Program-made: the position numbers and the translations under genes
Assembly (NCBI RefSeq): GCF_001194135.2
Contig: NC_068982.1
Span: 27,529,237 to 27,588,430, forward strand
From: Octopus bimaculoides
Taxonomy: Eukaryota
Length of the DNA: 59,194 bases
Reading direction: 5' to 3'
The notes under the pieces: generated by a model
What the model was told of the DNA's origin: nothing
The model's database searches: none
The model's input: only the letters and a program-made list of their open reading frames with translations
Shown here: positions 52,101-59,194 of the stretch, piece after piece
Numbering within the stretch: position 1 is the first letter of the stretch
Layout: every line of letters starts with the position of its first letter

Positions 52101-54399
52101 TTAGAGTGTAATAGAGGGGCAGAAACAGGTGTTCTGCAGCTGAGAAGATACATGGCTACTCTAGTTGGAAATAGAGAGAGGATAGGGGAGAGGATGAGAG
52201 ATAGAGAGAGAGATGATAGTAAATGAAATGTGTTGGGACACACCCTCAAGCTACAGGGAGGTGCTTATCAGTGAAGTGGTACAGAGGATTGGATAGGGTG
52301 AGTTGACAGGTAAATCCACGAGACGTACAGTGTGATGTTGTATGATTCTTTAGCATTCAGATTACTCTGTCAAAAATAATGCTTATTTATTCACATTGTT
52401 TTGAATTGACCATGGTTTCAATGATGTGAGTGTTTATATTCAAAATGACATTGTAGGGTAGGTTTGAGAGACCAGATCATGGCTTGTTTGAACATAATAC
52501 AAGTAGAATATTTGGGCTGGATGTGGCCAGTTTAAATGCTAAAGGGATAATATATTTGTGCATGATAGAATGTACTATGTTGATTAGTGTAGGGTAGTAC
52601 AGTATAGTAGTGTAATATAGGTTAGTACAGATTAGTAATATACAGCTGTGTAGTATAGTAGTGTAAGCTAACGTTGTCTACAATTGTACTCCTTAAGTAC
52701 ACACCCTTGAATGAATGTTACCTTATACAGGGTGGGCCAAAAGTTGAGCTCCAAAGCAGTCAACATTTTATTTATATTATGTTGTTGTTGTTGTTATTAT
52801 TATTATTCATTTTAAGATGGCAAGCTGACAGAATTGTTAACACACCAGACAAAATGCTTAGCAGTGTTTCATCCATCTTTACGTTCTGAGTTCAAATGCC
52901 ACCAAGGTTGATTTTGCCTTTCATCCTTTTAGGGTCAATAAAATAAGTACCAGTTGAACACTGAAGCTAATGTAATTGACTTACCCCCTCCCCACAAACT
53001 GCTTGCCTTGTGCAAAAATTTGAAACTATTATTATTATTCATCATGTGTATTTATCATTATTACCTCTGACTTAGCGAAGGTGGAGGTATTATTTTCAGT
53101 TGTGTTTGTTTGTTTATGGACAAAATATCTCAAGAACTGCTGTATGATATCAGATGAAACTTTCAGGAATGTTTGGCCTCATGACTGGCACAAACTGATT
53201 AGATTTGGGGATTGATCCAGTACTGGACAAGGATTCTGGATTATTTTTCCTGTTTTTTTACTTAATTTTTGAGAGCAGTCAGGTTTGTTTTTAGTATTCA
53301 ATTTTGTGAGAGCAGTCGAGATAATTTCAGATATTCTCATTTTAAAAATCATCTCTGGCTAATCATTGAGAGGATGTTGGTGTTGCTTTGGCAGAGGTTT
53401 GTGCTCTCTGAGTGCTCTTGTTTTATTTGTTTCATTCAGTTTTAGAAAAATTGAAGCATGTCTTTGACAATACTGGAGCATATTGAACTTATTGGCACAT
53501 GACTTTTGGCTCACGCCATACTTTGTGATATCTTGTTTCATTGCAGTATTCTTACATTAACAGTTTCAGTTATTCCTTTCATTGGAATTCAGTCTATCCC
53601 ATCTTTGCAATCTTTAATATTTTCCAGACGCTTATACTACTTAGCAGAAACTGTTATGCACATGTTGCTCACCTTTATTGGTTACCTGATCATGTTATTG
53701 GTTATGACTTTTAATGGATGGTTTGCCATTGCAGTTCTTTTGGGTGAGTAAGATGGATTTTTTATATTCATTTATCGTATTGAAATAAGAGTGTTCCCTT
53801 CAGTTTTAGATGCAGGCATAGCTGAGTTGTAAGAAGTTTGCTTCCCAACCACATGGTTCTGGGTTCAATCCTACTGTGTGGCACTTTGGAGAAGTGTCTT
53901 CTACTATAGCCTTGGGCTATGAATATATATATATATATGTATACTTTAAATAATGTAGATGACTTAGCAATTAAAACCTAAAGGCAAATTTATAAACGTC
54001 ACTAAAGTGAACAAGGGTACAAAGCGGTACCAGCTTTGCTAGAAATAAGAGTCAAAATGACTCAATTAGCCACAAAAAGCTTCTACCATTTGGAAATAGC
54101 ACATGCTTTCAATGGTTTTTCTTATGAGTTGACAAGACGAATTATGCTTAACCCTAGGCACAGTAAGATCCACTAATGAGAATTGAGATGCCATGCATCA
54201 GGATTCAAAATCACGTGATATGGGTATACCTGCTACCTCAATAGGGAGCTTGTCTCACTACAGTACAGGGCTTTCTCACTTTCCTCTCTTTCATCAACTT
54301 ATTAAGATAGTGCTTTTTGTGGCTAATTGAGTCATTTTCACTCTTATTTCTAGCAATGCTGGTACCACTTTGTACTCTTGTGAAGTTTATATATATGAA

Positions 54400-54479
<80 letters not shown>

Positions 54480-56322
54480 TCTAGCTTCTCTAGGTCAGTT
54501 TACCAATTCCTTTCACAAGAGAGTTTTAAAAAAGCTGAAGACTCACTATATAAGAACTCTGGAGAGAACAATGCCAAAATGAAGAGTTAACATCTCTTCA
54601 GAGATGGGAGAAAAATACTAATTAATTTCATAATTATGAAACTGAAGTTAAAAAAGAATATTTTATGAATAACCCATCCTTGAAGAAACTATAATTCACA
54701 AATCTTACTCAGAAACAGCAAATCATGTACCAAAAAGATAAACTTGGTATTATTAAAGATATAAAATCAACAACATGAATTCCAGGTTATGTGGACAACA
54801 TGAAAATGCCACAAGAACTTTTCTTTCTTAAGACAGAATATCTCACAAACCTGAAAAACAATTTTAGACAGATCCACTCACAATCTGGGCTTAAGAATCA
54901 ACCCAACTGTTTTAGAAAACTTATTAACCACAGAAAAGCGAAACAAAAGACAAACTGAGAAGGTCATTTATTAGAGCCATTGACAGAATTCAGGACACCA
55001 GGTGGCACAAACAGAACACGAGAAATCAAAGATAACCAATCTTTCAATATGAAAACCTTTCAACACAACAAATTCAAGTCATTTCAAAAGATTTAAAACT
55101 CACTCCAACACCACAATAGTTCACCTTTACTGAAATACAGGAGGGTTATGATCTCTCTCAATTCTGTAGAAAATTACATCTAACAGAAGAACTATTTGAT
55201 AAAGAAGGCAATGATGAGTCAATTGCATGAAACAAAAGCAATTACAATAAAAGGCATTTAATAAATTTTGTAATTTTATATCTGCTTTTCCATATTATGA
55301 ACTATCACCAACTTCTGAAGCTCAAATCCAACACCAGTCAAAAAGAATGGGCAATGTTCCACAAACTCAAAAATAATAATGACATTATAATTAAAGAATA
55401 TCATCATCATCATCATTTAACGTTCGCTTTCCATGCTAGCATGGGTTGGATGATTTGACTGGGGACTGGCGAACCAGATGGCTACACCAGACTCCAATCT
55501 GATTTGGCAGAATTTCTACAACTGGATGCCCTTCTTAATGCCAACCACTCCAAGAGTGTAGTGGGTGCTTTTACGTGCCAACGGCCACACTCAGAATGGT
55601 ATATTTTACGTGCCACCTGCACAGGAGCCAGTCCAGCGGCACTGGCAACAATCTCGTTCGAATGTCTTTTCACGTACCAGGAAGGCGACGCTGGTAACGA
55701 TCACGCTCAAATGGTGCTATTACATGCCACTGGTATGGAAGCCAGACAGCTGCTCTGGCAACGACCACGCTTGAACGGTGCTCTTAGCGCTCCACTGGTA
55801 CAGGTGCCATCATGATTTCGCTTTCGCTTGCCCCAACAGGTCTTCACAAGCCGAGTTTAGTGTCCAATGAAGGAGACGTTGGCATGGGTGCCAGTCGTTG
55901 AATTTAGTTCGATTTCGATTTCACTTGCCTCAACAGGTCTTTGCAAGCGGTCACTTGCCTCAACAGGTCTTTGCAAGCAGTCACTTGCCTCAACAGGTCT
56001 TTGCAAGCGGTCACTTGCCTCAACAGGTCTTCGCAAGATAGATAGATAGACACACACACATACATAATTCTATACAAGGTTTAAAACAATGTTTAGTTGT
56101 TTTTTTTCCAAAAATTCATTCATAAGTTTCTCTTATAATTTTTATCTTTTACATGTTTCAGGTGCAACCATTGGTTTCTTTCTGTTTGATGCATCTATTC
56201 TGACTCTTGCTTACAAATCACCAAATACTTCTTCTAGGCATCGAGCTTCATCATCCGATCCTGTCCCAACTGTTACACATAGCACAGAATTAGAGTCTCG
56301 GAGTAGTGACATATCAATTTAA
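43098..56322 (+). CDS. SLC31A2: Ctr/SLC31 copper transporter, CTR2-like; join(43098..43167,50750..50957,53628..53743,56162..56322), 555 nt, 184 aa
   Basis: Exon phases match (1,2,1) with canonical GT-AG sites. Protein: MYLFMSSKVSNLLFEGWNSTDFPGMIVMFTVTTMVAIIYDAIR...KRKRRLYYLAETVMHMLLTFIGYLIMLLVMTFNGWFAIAVLLGATIGFFLFD...SSDISI*. Ctr hallmarks: Met about 20 aa before TM1, LLFEGW, MxxxM (MLLVM) in TM2, GxxxG (GATIG) in TM3. CTR2 versus CTR1 assignment is inferred from the short N-terminus and missing C-terminal HCH. Confidence 0.9.
43860..44065. repeat. Degenerate 26-bp minisatellite in an RTE-tail element
   Basis: Unit approximately gtgacacataaaaggcacccatgcca. Confidence 0.75.
45298..46360 (-). 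mobile_element. Solo LTR (Ty3/gypsy-like), antisense in copper transporter intron; spans a gap
   Basis: TGT...ACA termini, 4-bp TSD cctt (45294-45297 and 46361-46364); on the minus strand CCAAT (46186-46190), TATAAATA (46114-46121), AATAAA (45363-45368); CpG-rich. Confidence 0.8.
49560..50650 (-). mobile_element. Degraded CR1/Jockey-group LINE, endonuclease region
   Basis: Minus-strand CNAHNFSW (DFNAH-like), PVGSTDNI (PLGxSDH-like), QDGS linker; many stops. Confidence 0.45.
50750..50957 (+). CDS. SLC31A2: Copper transporter coding exon 2 (TM1 and cytoplasmic loop)
   Basis: Acceptor ttttaatttattttccag|GT ATG; donor AAACG|gttagt; GMIVMFTVTTMVAIIYDAIR resembles Ctr TM1. Confidence 0.88.
51200..51760 (-). 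mobile_element. RTE LINE 3' fragment
   Basis: LREKLGMRSIRCSVQERGLHLYGHV on the minus strand, followed by the family tail. Confidence 0.8.
53060..53422 (+). mobile_element. Helentron-associated (HINE/DINE-like) element
   Basis: attacctc..gaaggtggaggt..gtttgtttgttt..gatgaaactttca..ggcagaggtttgtgctctctgagtgc. Confidence 0.6.
53628..53743 (+). CDS. SLC31A2: Copper transporter coding exon 3 (TM2 MxxxM, start of TM3)
   Basis: Acceptor taatattttccag|A CGC; donor TTG G|gtgagt; GYLIMLLVMTFNGW is the Ctr signature. Confidence 0.93.
54540..55260 (+). mobile_element. Degraded Penelope-like element ORF (region upstream of RT)
   Basis: ISKDLKLTPTPQ...DLSQFCRKLHLTE...NDESI..NKSNY resembles the PLE LxKGLKFxPTP / FxRKLRL motifs. 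Confidence 0.6.
55400..56037 (-). mobile_element. RTE-type 3' UTR element with 30-bp tandem repeat at its 5' end
   Basis: Family tail with (GAT)n; tcacttgcctcaacaggtctttgcaagcgg about 4 times at 55921-56037. Confidence 0.8.
56162..56322 (+). CDS. SLC31A2: Copper transporter last coding exon (end of TM3, Ser/Thr-rich tail, stop)
   Basis: Acceptor ttttacatgtttcag|GT GCA; G-ATIGFFLF completes GxxxG; TAA at 56320-56322; AATAAA at about 56343 and 56884. Confidence 0.88.
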
Positions 56323-57014
56323 TTCTTATCAATTTTGTGAAAAATAAATTTCATTGATTGATTTGAGAAAATACTTTTTATGCCATTTTAAAACTGGATT
56401 AACTTATGTTGATAGGCTTCCAGACTATTCATACATCAACTTGAAGAATTGATTTGTTTTTGTTTCGTTTTTTATTCTGTAAATTTTGTTTTTTGTAATT
56501 CTTCTATCCTCACAATTTCTTCCAATATTTTTTTTTCTTTTAATGATTAATCCTGCTGATATTTTTACTTTGCAACTTTGTTCCCATATTTTATATCACA
56601 ACATTCAACAGGTTGCATGTAATACTCTTTGCAAAATATGAACAACAGGTAACATTGTGGAAGCATTGCTCTGAATTGTTCAGTAATATTTAGATACTTC
56701 AAAGTAAATTCTAAAAGATTTATTTCATTTAGTTTATTGAACCTGTATCACATACTCATCTTTTCAGAGATGAAAGGGAATCCTTTAAATTGCCATACTT
56801 TCTCAATTAATTTGAACAATTATAAAACACTATTGCTTGAGCTATGTATAAATCTATCATTATTGCTAATCAGATTTCCAAATAATAAATCTTACATATT
56901 ATTTAATACAAGCCATCATTGTATGTTGCTTATATTCCTGGCTACTCACAGCATTTGGAGTTATTGCCTGAAATACTATACTTAAAAAAGTAGGATTGAC
57001 TTTGCAACTAACTA

Positions 57015-57330
57015 TAAGGGCGAGGGTTCATGACCTAGTGGTTAAGGAGTTGTGCTCACAATTGCAAGATCATGGTTTCAATTTCCAGACTAGGAGGTGT
57101 GTTGTGTTCTTGAGCAAAACACTTCACTTTACTTTACTCGGCAATCATTTTGACACCTGACAAGTGGCACATAATGCACCTGTACAGGTAATGTTGATTT
57201 GATGGAGGAAGTCAGCTTATGTACAGCACAAACACTTGATTATAAACAAATCATTTGTGTTGATTCTTCAACAAGAAATTGTGGAATTGTCTTTCTAGGA
57301 CTTGAAAGACAATAAGAGTGGTTAACAGTG
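57015..57330 (+). mobile_element. Older tRNA-derived CORE-like SINE
   Basis: tgacctagtggttaagg...ggtttcaatttcc...gtgttcttgagcaaaacactt. Confidence 0.6.
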
Positions 57331-57767
57331 ACAGACAGAGAACAAAACTTTGCTTAATACCCAGTTGAGCTTAAAATTCTTTGCTGGTTTTAATAATCCA
57401 TTTAAAATAGTGTTCAACAAAGCTACATGTCCTCTTTGCTTTAACACTGCAGAGATATAACATCTAAAACATTAGCAAATCATGTTTAACTAATTAAACA
57501 CATTGTTCTCACATTTAGACTCGCTAATATTTTTAATTTCCTAATTCATTTATTTCAGTAGTTATAACTATACATAAAATGTATATATCTCTTTAAAACA
57601 TAAATGATAATTTTACTACCTTCAGAGTGACTACTATTAAGGTTGTGATATAAAAATTTATCCACTGATAAGATATATCATAAAATATATGGATTAACTC
57701 TTAAAAAGAGAGTATATATGTAATATATATATATACATACACACTCTCTTCTTTTAGGAGTTAGTCC

Positions 57768-57820
<53 letters not shown>

Positions 57821-58132
57821 TACATANNNNNNNNNNGTTAATCCATATATATATAAATATAAAACATATTTGCTGGTGTATAATAGGATGCATTCTCTCA
57901 TTAAACAAACCCCTATTGTTTTGTTGAAAAAAGAAGTAGATATTGTGGAAAAAAAAAAACATTTATTTCATCATATACTCATACACTCAGTATCTCATTC
58001 ATAATATGGTCACAATAAACACTGCAAATTTTCATAATATTTAAGAATAAAGAAAAAAGAAGCTCGTCTTATACACTGGCATATGTGTTGCATACACACA
58101 CACACACATATATATAAGTATGTATATGTATT

Positions 58133-58255
58133 ATTCTTAAACAAGGCAATTATTGACAGTGACTTCAAAATTTTGGTCAGCTAAGCCATCGTTGGATGAT
58201 GGCTTAGCCGGCCAAAACGTTAAAGTCACTGTCAATAACAGTCTTGTTTAAGAAT
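58133..58255. mobile_element. 123-bp imperfect palindrome (MITE-like)
   Basis: attcttaaacaag..ttattgacagtgactt..gctaagccatc / gatggcttagc..aagtcactgtcaataa..cttgtttaagaat. Confidence 0.75.
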
Positions 58256-58994
58256 CATAAATTTGTACTCTACAAAGGTATAGAGTAAACTATCAGATTA
58301 ATGTAAAATTGTTTTTATTATAACTGAACATAAAACCAAACACATATATATAACATATATAATTTTAAAGCGAATTATATTTTTAATGAATAAAATTTAT
58401 TATGTCCTTTTTTAAATTATATGTATATATATATTTTCAAATTGTAAATAAAAAATATAAAGATGTTTATAGTTTATTTTGTATTATTTCAAACAAGCTT
58501 ATCATCTTCATGGTCAAAACTAAATATTTAATTCAAGGACAAAACAATAAATTATTTCAATGAACTGTTATTAATTCTTGTTATTGATTAACCCAAATCA
58601 TCTTTGCTTAGTTACCTCTATCATATAAAGGTATTAAACTGAAAACTTACAAGCACACAGAGTGTAAGTATTTCATTGTTGTACCAAAAGATGCAAGTTA
58701 CAAATGGTTGAGCTGATGGAGTGTTGGCCTGCCAACTAAAATTTCAGTGATTGTATACTGTTACAGCTATTGCAATGGATTGTACTCCAAGTCTAATTAG
58801 CATTTAAGAACCAGTTCAATTGTACAGTTGAGTCATGAAGAAACCATAAAACAATGGTTTCAATATTAAGTAACTAGATAAGGCAGCAAGCTGGCGGAAT
58901 TGTTAGCAGACTGGGCAAGATGCTTAGCAGCATTTTTCAGTCTTCACAATCTGAGTATAAATTCAACTGTGGTCAACTTTGCCTTTCATCCTTC

Positions 58995-59194
58995 ATCATC
59001 ATCATCATCGTTTAACGTCCGCTTTCCATGCTAGCATGGGTTGGACGATTTGACTGAGGACTGGTGAAACCGGATGGCAACACCAGGCTCCAGTCTGATT
59101 TGGCAGAGTTTCTACAGCTGGATGCCCTTCCTAACGCCAACCACTCAGAGAGTGTAGTGGGTGCTTTTACGTGTCACCCGCACGAAAACGGCCA
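58995..59194 (-). mobile_element. Young RTE-type tail element inserted into a Meta-like SINE; runs off the window
   Basis: SINE stops at gcctttcatcc and continues as (ATC)n plus the family tail. Confidence 0.8.

Noticed and set aside
58190-58222. Degenerate hammerhead-like string gatgatggc...gccaaaacgtt
   Set aside because: Lacks both CUGA and GAAA cores; better explained as the arm of the palindrome.
1-59194. CRISPR arrays, prokaryotic operons, rRNA
   Set aside because: Tandem repeats have no unique spacers; nothing resembles rRNA or bacterial gene organisation.

Overview
AT-rich, repeat-dense eukaryotic DNA with short N gaps. The SINE, RTE and microsatellite content looks like a cephalopod, probably Octopus (inference only). 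One protein-coding gene is well supported: a + strand Ctr/SLC31 copper transporter, CTR2-like, 184 aa if translated from ATG 43098. Its four coding exons (43096-43167, 50750-50957, 53628-53743, 56162-56322) join in frame at GT-AG sites and carry the MxxxM and GxxxG motifs. A probable non-coding first exon and CpG-rich promoter lie near 29.3-29.7 kb. A second, unidentified multi-exon gene may run on the minus strand from about 28.7 kb leftward (low confidence). The rest is transposon-derived: tRNA-derived SINEs, RTE, L1/Tx1, CR1-like and CRE remnants, mariner, hAT and Tigger relics, MITEs, a complete non-autonomous Helitron, a Penelope-like ORF relic and a CpG-rich solo LTR. The best hidden signal is three different minimal type I hammerhead ribozyme motifs (11123-11181, 11849-11910, 24601-24650). 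Two sit in head-to-tail repeat units of 516 and 363 nt, one with a 159-bp fold-back, as expected for Penelope pLTRs or circRNA-producing retrozymes. Almost all entries in the supplied ORF track are microsatellite or repeat artefacts. All structures and alignments were read by eye; no searches were run.
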